A DNA stretch of 57,804 nucleotides from Alphaproteobacteria bacterium. GTDB taxonomy: Bacteria; Pseudomonadota; Alphaproteobacteria; Reyranellales; JAQSWP01. Made by a program: the position numbers and the translations under genes. The notes under the pieces are model-generated. The model saw only the letters and a program-made list of their open reading frames with translations. It had not been told where the DNA came from and ran no database searches. Numbering within the stretch: the first letter of the stretch is position 1; the number at the start of each line of letters is the position of its first letter. The DNA lies in assembly GCA_029266575.1 (NCBI GenBank), contig JAQSWP010000001.1:1-57804 (forward strand), in the 5' to 3' direction. Positions 27,694 through 37,409 of this stretch are shown here, piece by piece.

Positions 27694-28476
27694 TCAGGCG
27701 CGGCGCAGGCGCGGCTTGGCACTGGCTTCGTGCGCTGCCAGCTTGCCGCGCAAGCCTTGCGCGCTGCCGCCCAGCGACTCGGTGATGCCGATCGCCGACT
27801 GGAACAGCAGGCTGGTCATGCGCCGCACGTTATCGTCTGTGAAGCGCTCGCGCGGGCCGGAGAGCGACAGCGCGCCCACCGCCACGTCGCCCGGCCCGAA
27901 CACCGGACAGGAGAGGCCGGCGCAGACCGGATCGCGCTCGCCATGGGAAATCGCCAGCAGATCGCGGCGGATCGTGTCGTAGCTCTCACCCTCCTCGCCG
28001 GCGAAAGCCAGCAGCACGCGGCCGGCGGCGCCGCGGCGCAAGGGCAGCAGGTCGCCGGGATGGATGCGGTCGAGCGTCGAATGCGCCGAGTCGCGGCGGA
28101 ACAGGCAAAGCCGCTGGCTGGCATCGTGCCAGACATGGAAAGACGGGCTCTCCGTGCCCTGCGCCACCAGCTCGTGCAGCATAGGCTCGACGTGATTGCG
28201 CAACGGCTGCGAGCGCTCATAGGCCACGCCCATCCTGAAGGCGGTGCCGCCCAGGCTGTAGCGCCCATCGCGCAGGCGCACCGAATAGCCGAAGCGATCG
28301 AGCGACACCAGCAGGCGCAGCAAGGTGCTTTTGTAGTAGCCGGTGCGCTTGGCCAGCGCCGCCAAGGTCAATGGCTCGCCCGCTTCCGCCAAGGTGGCGG
28401 CAATGGTCAGCGCGCGCTCGACCGCGGCGACGCCACCCGATCCATCTCTCTCCTTGTCAGCCTGTCGTGCCGGCAT
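27694..28476 (-). CDS. IclR family transcriptional regulator
   Basis: VAAVERAL...LAALAKRTGYYKSTLLRLL, GAAGRVLLAF, ALSLSGP..RF; GGAGG RBS. Confidence 0.92.
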   Translation of the reverse strand: MPARQADKERDGSGGVAAVERALTIAATLAEAGEPLTLAALAKRTGYYKSTLLRLLVSLDRFGYSVRLRDGRYSLGGTAFRMGVAYERSQPLRNHVEPMLHELVAQGTESPSFHVWHDASQRLCLFRRDSAHSTLDRIHPGDLLPLRRGAAGRVLLAFAGEEGESYDTIRRDLLAISHGERDPVCAGLSCPVFGPGDVAVGALSLSGPRERFTDDNVRRMTSLLFQSAIGITESLGGSAQGLRGKLAAHEASAKPRLRRA

Positions 28477-28495
28477 GGTCAGCCTCCCTGTCCAT

Positions 28496-29374
28496 TTACG
28501 TTTTTGCTTTTTCAATGTGCCGAGAAATCACGGGCCAATAGGCATCGCCATCACCCGCTGCAATCGCCGCTTGCAGATAACGTTCGGCCGTTTCCGCGCC
28601 CGGCAAACGCAGGCCGTTCTCGCGCGCCAGATCGAGCGCGTAGGACAGATCCTTGAGCGCATAGCGAGCGGAGAAGGCGCGCTCGGGAAAAATGCCGGGC
28701 AGCACCGCCTTGATGCCGTGGCTGCGCAGGGCGAAGCTGTCGGCCGAGCCTGTGGTCAGAGTCTCGAACATCGCCTTGCCGTCGATGCCTGCGCTTTGCG
28801 CCAGCGCCAGCGCCTCGCCCAAAGCGGCGACGGTCTGGAACAGCACCATGTTGTTCAGGATCTTGGCCATCTGCCCGGCGCCAACGCCACCGCAATGGCT
28901 GATATCGCTGGCGCAATGCACCAGCAGCGGCTCGATGCGATCGAACACCGGCTTGGCCGCGCCGACCATGATGGCAAGCGTGCCCTGCTCCGCCGCCTGC
29001 CGCGTGCGCGCCACCGGTGCGTCGGCATAGTCGATGCCGCGTTGGGCGAAGTCGTTGGCCAGGGCTTGCGTCAGGGCGACCGGCGAGGTGCTGAGATCGA
29101 CCAAGGTCTGGCCCTTGCGCATCAATGGCAGCAATTGGCGCGCGACGCTTTCCACTTCCTTGCCACTGGGCAGCGAGAGGAAAACGATCTCGGCCTGCTC
29201 GGCAATGCAGGGCAGATCGGCCCGCACCACGCCGTGGGAGGCGAGGCGTTCGAGCGGTGCTGCATCGAGGTCGCTGGCCAGCAGGCGCAGGCCGCTCCTG
29301 ACCGCCATATTGCGGCACATGGGCTCGCCCATAACGCCCAGGCCAATGAAGCCGATGGTGCCGATGTCAGCCAT
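28496..29374 (-). CDS. NAD(P)-dependent beta-hydroxyacid dehydrogenase (3-hydroxyisobutyrate/tartronate semialdehyde family)
   Basis: IGFIGLGVMG, DAPVA, GAGQMAKILNN, KDLSYA. Confidence 0.88.
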   Translation of the reverse strand: MADIGTIGFIGLGVMGEPMCRNMAVRSGLRLLASDLDAAPLERLASHGVVRADLPCIAEQAEIVFLSLPSGKEVESVARQLLPLMRKGQTLVDLSTSPVALTQALANDFAQRGIDYADAPVARTRQAAEQGTLAIMVGAAKPVFDRIEPLLVHCASDISHCGGVGAGQMAKILNNMVLFQTVAALGEALALAQSAGIDGKAMFETLTTGSADSFALRSHGIKAVLPGIFPERAFSARYALKDLSYALDLARENGLRLPGAETAERYLQAAIAAGDGDAYWPVISRHIEKAKT

Positions 29375-30815
29375 CGAGCCCCCAATACAGGCTCTTAGCC
29401 TGCTGATAGAGGCGCAGGCCTGAGAGGCCCTTCTCGCGGCCGATGCCGCTTTGCTTGAAACCGCCGAAGGGTGCGGCGATGGAAAGCTGCTTGTAGGTGT
29501 TGATCCACACCGTTCCGGCCTCGATGGCGCGTGCCACGCGCCACGCGCGCTTGTAGTCAGCGGTCCACAGCCCGCAAGCCAGCCCATATACCGATTCGTT
29601 GACCTGCGCGATCAGATCGTCCTCGCCATCGAAGGGCAGCACCGCCAGCACCGGGCCGAAAATCTCTTCGCGGCAGACGGTGGCCGCGCCCGACAGGCCG
29701 TCGATCACGGTCGGCAGATAGAAGGCGCCGGCTTGCAGCGCCTGATCCGCCGGGCGCTGGCCGCCCGCCAGCACCTGGCCGCCCTCCTCGCGCGCGCTGG
29801 CGACGAAGCTTTCGACGCGCTCGCGCTGGGCGAAGCTCGCCAGCGGACCGATCTGTGCGCCGGATGATTCCGGCAGGCCCGGACGCAAGCCGCGCGCGGC
29901 GGCAGCGATGCGCTCGACGAAAGAGCTGTATATGGCGCGTTGCACGAACAGCCGCGAGCCAGCGACGCAGGACTGGCCGGTAGCTTCGAAAATGCCGCCG
30001 ATCACGCCTTCGATGGCGGCATCGAGATCGGCATCGGCGAAGACGATGTTGGGCGATTTGCCGCCCAGCTCCAGCGCCGCGGGGATCAGGCGCAAGGCGG
30101 CGACCGCGGCGATGGCTCGGCCGGTGCCGGTGCCGCCGGTGAAGGAGATCATGCGCACGGCATCGTGGTTGACCAGCGCCGTGCCGGTCTCGCGGCCATT
30201 GCCCGGCAGTACTTGCAGCAATCCGGGCGGCAGTCCCGCTTCCAGCGCCAGGCGCGCCACGATCAGGCCGACGCCGGAGGTGATCTCCGACGGTTTCAGC
30301 AGCACCGCGTTGCCCGCGGCAAGCGCCGGCGCGATCTTCTGCGCCTCCATCGTCAGTGGCGAGTTCCACGGCGTGATAGCGACGATCACGCCATAGGGCT
30401 CATAAACCGTCTGGCCGAAATAATTGCCGCGCGCCGGTGGCGTTTCGGCTTCCATAGTCTCGCAGGCGGCGGCGTAATAACGGAAGGTGGCGGCGGCACT
30501 GGCTGCCTGGGCGCGGCATTCGGCCAACACCTTGCCGTTCTCGATCATCTGCTGGCGCGCCAAAGCCTCGCCATTGGCGGCGATGGCGTCGGCGATGCGC
30601 GACAGCAGGCGCGCACGCTCATGCGGCTTCTGCTTGCGCCAGCCGGCATCGCGCACCGCTTGCTGCGCCAGGGTGGCGGCGCGGTCGATGTCGGCTGCAT
30701 TGGCGCCGGCGATTTCGTAATTGGTCAAGCCGTCGGCGGGATTGATGCTGCGCAACACGGCGCCGCTGCCGCCTGTCACCTTGTCGCCGATCAGCAATCC
30801 ATCCATGGCGCTCAC
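29367..30815 (-). CDS. Aldehyde dehydrogenase
   Basis: ITPWNSP, FTGGT, LELGGKSP, GQSCVAG, EEIFGPV, PFGGFKQSGIGRE. Confidence 0.93.
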   Translation of the reverse strand: MSAMDGLLIGDKVTGGSGAVLRSINPADGLTNYEIAGANAADIDRAATLAQQAVRDAGWRKQKPHERARLLSRIADAIAANGEALARQQMIENGKVLAECRAQAASAAATFRYYAAACETMEAETPPARGNYFGQTVYEPYGVIVAITPWNSPLTMEAQKIAPALAAGNAVLLKPSEITSGVGLIVARLALEAGLPPGLLQVLPGNGRETGTALVNHDAVRMISFTGGTGTGRAIAAVAALRLIPAALELGGKSPNIVFADADLDAAIEGVIGGIFEATGQSCVAGSRLFVQRAIYSSFVERIAAAARGLRPGLPESSGAQIGPLASFAQRERVESFVASAREEGGQVLAGGQRPADQALQAGAFYLPTVIDGLSGAATVCREEIFGPVLAVLPFDGEDDLIAQVNESVYGLACGLWTADYKRAWRVARAIEAGTVWINTYKQLSIAAPFGGFKQSGIGREKGLSGLRLYQQAKSLYWGLDG

Positions 30816-32299
30816 CGGTTCGACAGGCGCGCGGCCGAGGCGCCGGCAATGCGGCCGAACACCATGCCCGACAGCAGGCCGGTGCCACCGGGATAGTTGA
30901 AATAGAACAGCCCGCCGACCAGCTCGCCGGCGGCGAACAGGCCGGGGATCGGCTCGCCATCGGTATCGATGACTTGCCCATCGTTGGTGATGCGCAGGCC
31001 GCCGAAGGTGAAGGTGATGCCGCAGGTGATGGCGAAGGCCAGGTAAGGTGGCTTGTCGAGCGTGTTGGCCCAGTTGGATTTGGGCACTGAAAGGCCTTTG
31101 GTGGCGCGCCCGTCCTTGACCGTGGGGTTGAACGGCGTCGCCTGCTCGATAGCCGCGTTATAGGAGGCAATCTCCTGCAGCGCGGCCTGCGGATCGACGT
31201 CGTCCAGCTTCTGCACCAGCTCTTCCAAGCTGTCAGCCTGCACTTTGGTGACCTGGCGGATGCGATATTCATCGCGCAGCAGATGCACGACCTTCTGGTC
31301 GAACACCTGCCAGGCGAACTGGCCCGGCTGCTCCAGGATCACGCGGCCGTATTTGGCGTAAGTGTAGTTGCGGAAATCGGCGCCTTCGTCGACGAAGCGC
31401 TTGCCCCTGGCGTTGAGCATGATGCCGAAGGGATAGGAGTGCTTCTGGAAGCCGTCGCCCACCGCCAGATCGCCGAATTCGGGCGCGTTGCGGTCCCAGC
31501 CGACGGCGTGGCAGCCCGACCAGTTGCCGTAAGGCTGCGCGCCGATCTCCATCGCCATGCGGATGCCGTCGCCGGTGTTGAAGCGGCTGCCGCGCACCTT
31601 GGCGAGATCCCAGCCCGGCCCGAGATAGCGCGTGCGCCATTCGCTGTTGGCCTCGAAGCCGCCCGAGGCCAGCACCACGGCGCGGGCGCGGATTTCCTCC
31701 GTCTTGCCATTCCTGCGCAAGCGCACGCCGTGCACGCCCGCCTCATCGGCCAGCAATTCGGTGACTCTAGCGCCGTAGAGAATCTCGATGCCCTGCTTGC
31801 CGGCGATCGTGTGTTCGGCCTCAACCAGGCCCGGGCCGCCGCCCCAGGCCTCGATTGTCAGCCCGCCCCAGAACTTGAACGTGCCGTCGATCTTGAAAGC
31901 CTGGCGCGCATACATCGGCACGAAGCGCACGCCCTTGCCGTTCAGCCAGCGCACCGTGCCGTGGCTGCGGCGCACCAGTAGCTCAACCAGATCGGGATTG
32001 GCGCGGTGCTGTGTCACCCGCGCCATGTCGTCGAAGAACTGGTCCTCGCTATAGGTGCCGAAATCGGTGGTGCGCTTTTCCTCGTCGGAGAGATCGGGCA
32101 TCAGCGCGAAGAGATCGTCCACGGTATTGTAGGCCACGCGCACCGCACCGGCGGTGAAGGCGGAATTGCCGCCGCGCTCGTCCGCCGGGGCTCGCTCTAG
32201 CACCAGCACTTGCGCTCCAGCTTCGCGCGCGGCGAAGGCGGCGCACAGGGCGGCATTGCCCGCGCCAACAACCACCATATCGACCGATTTTGCGGCCAT
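30812..32299 (-). CDS. tcuA: FAD-dependent tricarballylate dehydrogenase-like flavoprotein (TcuA family)
   Basis: VVGAGNAALCAA..ARE.GA.VLVLERAP...RGGNS.FT, ASGGFEAN, GITFTFGGL, GLFAAGE...NYPGGTGL. Confidence 0.78.
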   Translation of the reverse strand: MAAKSVDMVVVGAGNAALCAAFAAREAGAQVLVLERAPADERGGNSAFTAGAVRVAYNTVDDLFALMPDLSDEEKRTTDFGTYSEDQFFDDMARVTQHRANPDLVELLVRRSHGTVRWLNGKGVRFVPMYARQAFKIDGTFKFWGGLTIEAWGGGPGLVEAEHTIAGKQGIEILYGARVTELLADEAGVHGVRLRRNGKTEEIRARAVVLASGGFEANSEWRTRYLGPGWDLAKVRGSRFNTGDGIRMAMEIGAQPYGNWSGCHAVGWDRNAPEFGDLAVGDGFQKHSYPFGIMLNARGKRFVDEGADFRNYTYAKYGRVILEQPGQFAWQVFDQKVVHLLRDEYRIRQVTKVQADSLEELVQKLDDVDPQAALQEIASYNAAIEQATPFNPTVKDGRATKGLSVPKSNWANTLDKPPYLAFAITCGITFTFGGLRITNDGQVIDTDGEPIPGLFAAGELVGGLFYFNYPGGTGLLSGMVFGRIAGASAARLSNR

Positions 32300-32316
32300 T
32301 TCGGCATTTTCTCCGC

Positions 32317-32335
32317 AGTTCTGTATAGCAGAACT
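32317..32335. promoter_or_regulatory. Candidate IclR operator of the tcuA-like operon
   Basis: AGTTCTG-TATAG-CAGAACT perfect 7-bp arms, 17 nt upstream of the tcuA-like ATG in an AT-rich patch. Confidence 0.6.
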
Positions 32336-32528
32336 ATTATTCTGTTAATTAATCGACTCGTAGCCGGGTGCCGCAAGGGATGCAAGCGGCATGAATTCGC
32401 GCGGCCAATCATGGCGAAACGATGAAATCGTCAGGCGTGCTGAGCAGCGACGGGGAAGCTTGGCTTCACGATCTCGTATTGCTTGCTGACGGCTTCATCT
32501 GGGAGGCCACGTCGACGAGGAGAAAAAA

Positions 32529-32702
32529 GTGAACAGCAGGCTTGTCCGCACTGTGCTGACCGTTCTCGCCCTTTCCATTACTGGTGTCGGGCTTGCTGCC
32601 TGTAACCAGCATGGGCGTGGCGACCGCCATGGCTGGAACGACCGGTACGATCGCGATGGCGATCGTGACCGCGACCGCCGCGGCTGGGACTATCGCCGCT
32701 AG
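32529..32702 (+). CDS. Small lipoprotein with Arg/Asp-rich tail (57 aa)
   Basis: Hand-translated MNSRLVRTVLTVLALSITGVGLAAC-NQHGRGDRHGWNDRYDRDGDRDRDRRGWDYRR; lipobox LAAC, GAGGAG RBS, downstream terminator. Confidence 0.72.
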   Translation: MNSRLVRTVLTVLALSITGVGLAACNQHGRGDRHGWNDRYDRDGDRDRDRRGWDYRR

Positions 32703-32720
32703 AGTTGAGTGGTACGCGTA

Positions 32721-32753
32721 AAAGAAGAGGCCGGCGCCAACCGGCCTCTTTTT
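32721..32753. terminator. Bidirectional intrinsic terminator
   Basis: A-rich run, AAGAGGCCGG-CGCCAA-CCGGCCTCTT, T-run; lies between convergent genes. Confidence 0.8.
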
Positions 32754-33931
32754 CATTCCGCCGCCAGCGGCTGCAGCTTTCGCGTCTGACGCGGCAGTCC
32801 AAGTGCAATGATGACACCCAGCACGTTGCCGCCGCCGGCAACGATTACCGCCGTGGTGTAGCCCCCGGTGAGATCGAACAGATGGGCCGCCAGCCATGGC
32901 AGGCTCAGGGCTGCAATGCCCCAGAAAATTTAGAGCCGGCCGGCCACGCGACCGTAATCGGCGCTGGGCCAGTAATAGGCTATACCGCCCGCGAGCGCAC
33001 CCGAGACGAAGCCGTAGCCCATCGCGATCATGCCTAGTCCGGTTGCTGCCATCCACGGTGCTGGAAACATAGTCAGACCCAGCGCGCCGATCAGCGACCA
33101 GACGTGAGCGAAAGCCATTACCGCCGGCACGGAGAACTTGTCGAGCAGCCAGCCACCACCCAGCCGCCCGCCTGCGGCGCAGGCAAGGATCGCCGTGCTC
33201 GCCAAGACGGCCAAATCCGTCGTGCCGCCATAAGCAACGATGATGCCGACCTGCTGGCTCAACACCATGAGACCGGCAGACGCCGCTAGGAAGAACACAA
33301 CAGACATCTGCCAAAACACACGCCGGGGCGGCCGCTTGCCGGCAACGGCAGTGAGCGTTTGAGGCTGAACCAGACGCATGTTGGCCACGAGGCAAAAAGC
33401 CAACGCCAGCGCACCAGTTACCAGCATCCCCGCGGCAAGTCCCTGCAAGGTCGCGCGCAATCCGAAGGTGTGAAGCGACCAGCCGAAAATCGGCAGCAGC
33501 AGCATGGCGCCGGCCGGGTAGAGGCTGACGATGTAGCCGTTCACTAGCCCGTGATTGCCCTTAAGCATGAAGTTCACGCCCTGCTGCATGCCGATATAGG
33601 CGACGCCGGCGCCAAGCACGAACAGCAGGCTGTAGCCAATCCCCAGCATGACAAGACTGTCGGCAAAAGCGGCAAGGACGATGCCGCTGACGCCGGAAAG
33701 CGTGCACAGCGTCACGAGGACTGGTGCGCTCAAAAGATTAAAGAGCCGTGGCGCAAGCAGCATCGCCAGGCTGAATACTGCAGTCGCCACCCCGAAGATG
33801 ATGGAAAGATCCGAGCGCGTTACACCGAGCGCCTGTTCCAGCGGCCGCAGGAAAATGCTGAAGGCGTAGAGTGAGCCGAATGGCGCATTAAGCAGCGTAG
33901 CAGCGGCAATTGCCGCCCATGGACGTTGCAC
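32753..33931 (-). pseudogene. MFS transporter (OFA/oxalate:formate antiporter-like) interrupted by an in-frame TAA at 32930-32932
   Basis: GSLYAFSIFLRPLE, GGRLGGGWLLDK; after GRVAGRL* the same frame continues for 58 aa (IFWGIAALSLPWLAAHLFDLTGGYTTAVIVA...) to TGA at 32753. Confidence 0.78.
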
Positions 33932-34110
33932 GATGATTTCCTCTCGCGCCGGTTTTGTCGCGGGCTTGCCGGAAGCCTATGCGGCAGGACGCCATCGGCA
34001 AAGGGGCAAAAACGCCGAGGCTGCGTTTCGCATTCCAGCTATGCCGCACGCCCGATTTGAAGCGCCGGCCGGAGCGGCGCAATATCGACCGATAAACCCG
34101 GAGGAAAACG

Positions 34111-35643
34111 ATGAGCGAAGAGCGGACGCCGATCCTGGTCGGTTGCGGCGACGTCACCGACATGACGACGCCGATCGAAAAAGGCCGCTCGCCATTCGAC
34201 ATTGCGGCCGAAGCCGGACGACTGGCCTTGGCCGATACAGGGGCGAAAAACTTTGCCGCCAGCATCGACACGGTGGCGATGATCCGGCTGTTCTCCGATA
34301 CCTCGCACCGTTTCGCCACCAGGCTCGGCACCTCGAGCAATCCGCCCAAAAGCGTCGCCGATCGCTTGGGGATCAAGGCCGCCCGCCATATCTATTCCTG
34401 GAATGGCGGCAACATGCCCCAATACCTGGTCAACAAATTCTCCGAAGCCATCGCCAACGGCGAGATGAAGGCGGCGATGATCGTGGGTGGCGAGGCGCTG
34501 CGCACGCAGCACGCGGTCGAGCGCACCGGTCTCAATATCTCGTGGACTGAAAATCCCGGCGGCGAGCCGGAATTGATCGGCGATCCGCGCCGCGGCTGGA
34601 ACGATCACGAAGACCGGCACAACATGCGCGCCGCCATCGCCATGTATCCGCTGTTCGAGAATGCCATCCGCGGCGATCGCAAGCGCGGCATGGCCGAACA
34701 CATGAAGGCGATCGGCAAGCTGTTCGCGCGCTTTGCCGATGTCGCGGCGAAGAACCCGCTGGCCAGCCGGCGCGATGGATACAGCGCCGAAGAGATCGCC
34801 ACGGTCAACGACAGCAATCGCTGGATCGGCTTCCCCTATCCGAAGCTGATGAACTCCAACGCCTATATCGACCAGGCAGCGGCGGTGATCATCACCTCTG
34901 TCGCCGAGGCGAAAAGGCAGGGCATCCCGCGGTCGAAATGGGTCTATCTGCATGGCTGCGCCGATGGCCACGACCACTGGTACGTCTCCGAGCGGATCGA
35001 TTTCCATTCCTCGCCGACCATCAGGCGGGGCTCGCGCCTGGCGCTGGATATGGCCGGGCTTGCGTTGAAGGATATCGGCACCTTCGATCTCTACAGCTGC
35101 TTTCCCTCCGCGGTGGAGATCGGCTGTCAGGAACTCGGACTGGCGGAGGACGATCCGCGCGGGCTCAGCATCACGGGCGGCCTGCCCTATTTCGGCGGCC
35201 CGGGAAACAACTACGTCACCCATTCGATTTCGCACATGGTGCGGGCGATGCGGGCGAAGCCCGGCACCTACGGGCTGGTGACGGCCAATGGCAATTACGT
35301 CACCAAGCATTCCTTCGGCATCTACTCGACCATCCCGACCAAAGGTGCGTGGAAAAGAGAAGCGCCGGCGAAGCTGCAAGCGGAGCTGGATGCGTTGCCC
35401 AAGGCGCCGTTCACCGAAACGCCCTCAGGGACGGCCACCATCGAGACCTATACAGTGATGCACGGCCGCAATGGACCCGATTACGGCATCGTAGTTGGCC
35501 GGGAGAACTCAAGCGGCAGGCGCTTCATCGCCAATCCACCGCCGGATCCGGCGGTGCTGATGAATTTACAGGAGCGCGAAGGGCTTGGACGAACGGGTGC
35601 TGTGGTCAACAAGGACGGGCACAACACTTTCGTGCTGTCCTAA
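34111..35643 (+). CDS. Thiolase-like protein (non-canonical) with extra C-terminal domain
   Basis: GGNMPQ, DQAAAVII, FDLYSCFPSAV, TGGLPYFGGPGNNY, C-terminal TATIETYTV; GGAGG RBS. Confidence 0.85.
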   Translation: MSEERTPILVGCGDVTDMTTPIEKGRSPFDIAAEAGRLALADTGAKNFAASIDTVAMIRLFSDTSHRFATRLGTSSNPPKSVADRLGIKAARHIYSWNGGNMPQYLVNKFSEAIANGEMKAAMIVGGEALRTQHAVERTGLNISWTENPGGEPELIGDPRRGWNDHEDRHNMRAAIAMYPLFENAIRGDRKRGMAEHMKAIGKLFARFADVAAKNPLASRRDGYSAEEIATVNDSNRWIGFPYPKLMNSNAYIDQAAAVIITSVAEAKRQGIPRSKWVYLHGCADGHDHWYVSERIDFHSSPTIRRGSRLALDMAGLALKDIGTFDLYSCFPSAVEIGCQELGLAEDDPRGLSITGGLPYFGGPGNNYVTHSISHMVRAMRAKPGTYGLVTANGNYVTKHSFGIYSTIPTKGAWKREAPAKLQAELDALPKAPFTETPSGTATIETYTVMHGRNGPDYGIVVGRENSSGRRFIANPPPDPAVLMNLQEREGLGRTGAVVNKDGHNTFVLS

Positions 35644-37244
35644 CCAGCCAGTTTCTCGCGCCGCACCTTGATGCCGGCCTTGTCGCGGTCCCAGGTGTCC
35701 GTTGTGACGCCTTCGGTGCGGATGACGTGCTTCTGCACTTTCTGCGTTGGCGTCTTGGGCAGGTCCGCCAGCACGCGCACGTAGCGCGGGATCATGAAAT
35801 GCGCCATGCGCGGGCGCAGGAACTCGATCAACTCCACGGGATCGAGCGTCGCGCCCTCGGCCAGCGACACGGCGACCAGCAACTCGTCCTCGGCAATCTC
35901 GCTCTTCACCGCGACAGCCGCCGCTTCGCGCACCGACGGATGGGCGATGATCTCGGCTTCGACTTCGAATGAGGAGATGTTCTCGCCGCGGCGGCGGATG
36001 GCGTCCTTCATGCGATCGACAAAGAAGAAATAGCCTTCCTCATCGACCCTGAAGGCATCGCCGGTATGGAACCAGCCATTGCGCCAGGCCTTGGCGGTGG
36101 CTTCGGGGTTTTTGTTGTAGCCGCTGTTCATCGACCATGGACGGTCGGCGCGGACGATCAGCTCGCCGACCTGGTTCGGCCCGACTTCGCAATCGTTCTC
36201 ATCGACCACGCGCGCTTCGATGCCGGGCCGCGGCTTGCCGCAGGTGCCCGGCACGCTGGGATTGAGCTCTGAGACCAGCGGGCAGGAAACTTCCGTCATG
36301 TTGAAGAGCGTGTAGACATCGATGCCGAAGCGCTTGCCGAAGGCGATGCTGTCCTCGTCGAACGGCACGCAGTGGACATGGCGCAAGGTCGTGTCCTTCT
36401 CGTCGCCCTTGTCGGGGCGCTTCATCAGAAACCCGGCCATGACGCCCAGCAGGATCACATAGGTGGTGCCGGTGCGTTTGACCGTGCTCCAGAATGATTC
36501 GGTGTCGAAGGCTTCGATCAGCGCAATCGAACCGCCGCGCGCCAGCATGGCGTAGCACGGCAGAGTGCCGCCGACATGGAACAGCGGCAGGTTGACCATG
36601 TAGCGATCGGTCTCGTCGAGGCAGTCGATCGGCTCGCCGGTCGAATAGAGCTGCAGGTAGGAATTCATCACGCCCTTGGACGGGCCGGTGGTGCCGGACG
36701 TATAGACGATGCATTGCAAATCCCAGGGCTGGATGTCGCGCGCCAGCGGCAGCACATCGCCATCGCCCTGGCTCAAGATCGCGCCGTCCAGCATCTTGAG
36801 GCTTCCGATCGGTCTGACGGTGCCGCTGAGAACCGCAATCTGCTCCAGCTTCGCCGTTTTGACCTCGTTCAGCCGCTCCGCCAGGCCGGCATGGACGATG
36901 GCGAGCTTGGCATCGGAATTCTCCACCACATGCTCGAGCAGGCGGCCGCGATAGGCGGTGTTGATCGGCACATAAACGGCGCCGATATAGTTGATGGCGA
37001 ACCAGATGCGCAGGATGTCGGGCCCGTTGGGCAGCCACACCAGCACGTTGTCGCCCTGATTGACGCCGAGATCCTGCAAAGCGCACGCGGTTTGGCGAAC
37101 GCGCTTGTGCAGTTCGCCATAGCTCCATTGCGAGCCGTCGGGGAAGATGGCGTAGAGGCGATCGGGATGCTCTGCAGCGCGCCGGTCGAGCAGCGGGCGC
37201 AGCACGCAGATGTCGGGGGCGGGAATGCGAGGGTCTGTTATCAT
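35640..37244 (-). CDS. ATP-dependent acyl-CoA ligase (CaiC-like)
   Basis: YTSGTTGPSKG, FHTGDAF, DRMKDAIRRRGENISSFEVE, LPKTPTQKV; start ATG 37244. Confidence 0.92.
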   Translation of the reverse strand: MITDPRIPAPDICVLRPLLDRRAAEHPDRLYAIFPDGSQWSYGELHKRVRQTACALQDLGVNQGDNVLVWLPNGPDILRIWFAINYIGAVYVPINTAYRGRLLEHVVENSDAKLAIVHAGLAERLNEVKTAKLEQIAVLSGTVRPIGSLKMLDGAILSQGDGDVLPLARDIQPWDLQCIVYTSGTTGPSKGVMNSYLQLYSTGEPIDCLDETDRYMVNLPLFHVGGTLPCYAMLARGGSIALIEAFDTESFWSTVKRTGTTYVILLGVMAGFLMKRPDKGDEKDTTLRHVHCVPFDEDSIAFGKRFGIDVYTLFNMTEVSCPLVSELNPSVPGTCGKPRPGIEARVVDENDCEVGPNQVGELIVRADRPWSMNSGYNKNPEATAKAWRNGWFHTGDAFRVDEEGYFFFVDRMKDAIRRRGENISSFEVEAEIIAHPSVREAAAVAVKSEIAEDELLVAVSLAEGATLDPVELIEFLRPRMAHFMIPRYVRVLADLPKTPTQKVQKHVIRTEGVTTDTWDRDKAGIKVRREKLAG

Positions 37245-37409
37245 GCTGCCGCCATTCTCCACCGGTTGAGGTGCCTGCGCCCACGGCAAAACCCGGAAAA
37301 TTCCGGTCTGCGATGGCGCATCGCCCGTTTGCGGAATTGCCGCCGCGGACAAGGTGCGCGCGGGTGAACAAGCGCGTAGTCTGCCGCCGGATTTGACCCC
37401 AGGAAAGCC

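Noticed and set aside
32391-32531. Short ORFs upstream of the lipoprotein (e.g. MKSSGVLSSDGEAW...)
   Set aside because: No RBS or recognisable features; more likely promoter DNA
37292-37325. Small palindromes CCGGAA-AA-TTCCGG and GCGATG-GCG-CATCGC
   Set aside because: Short GC-rich arms expected by chance; no supporting context
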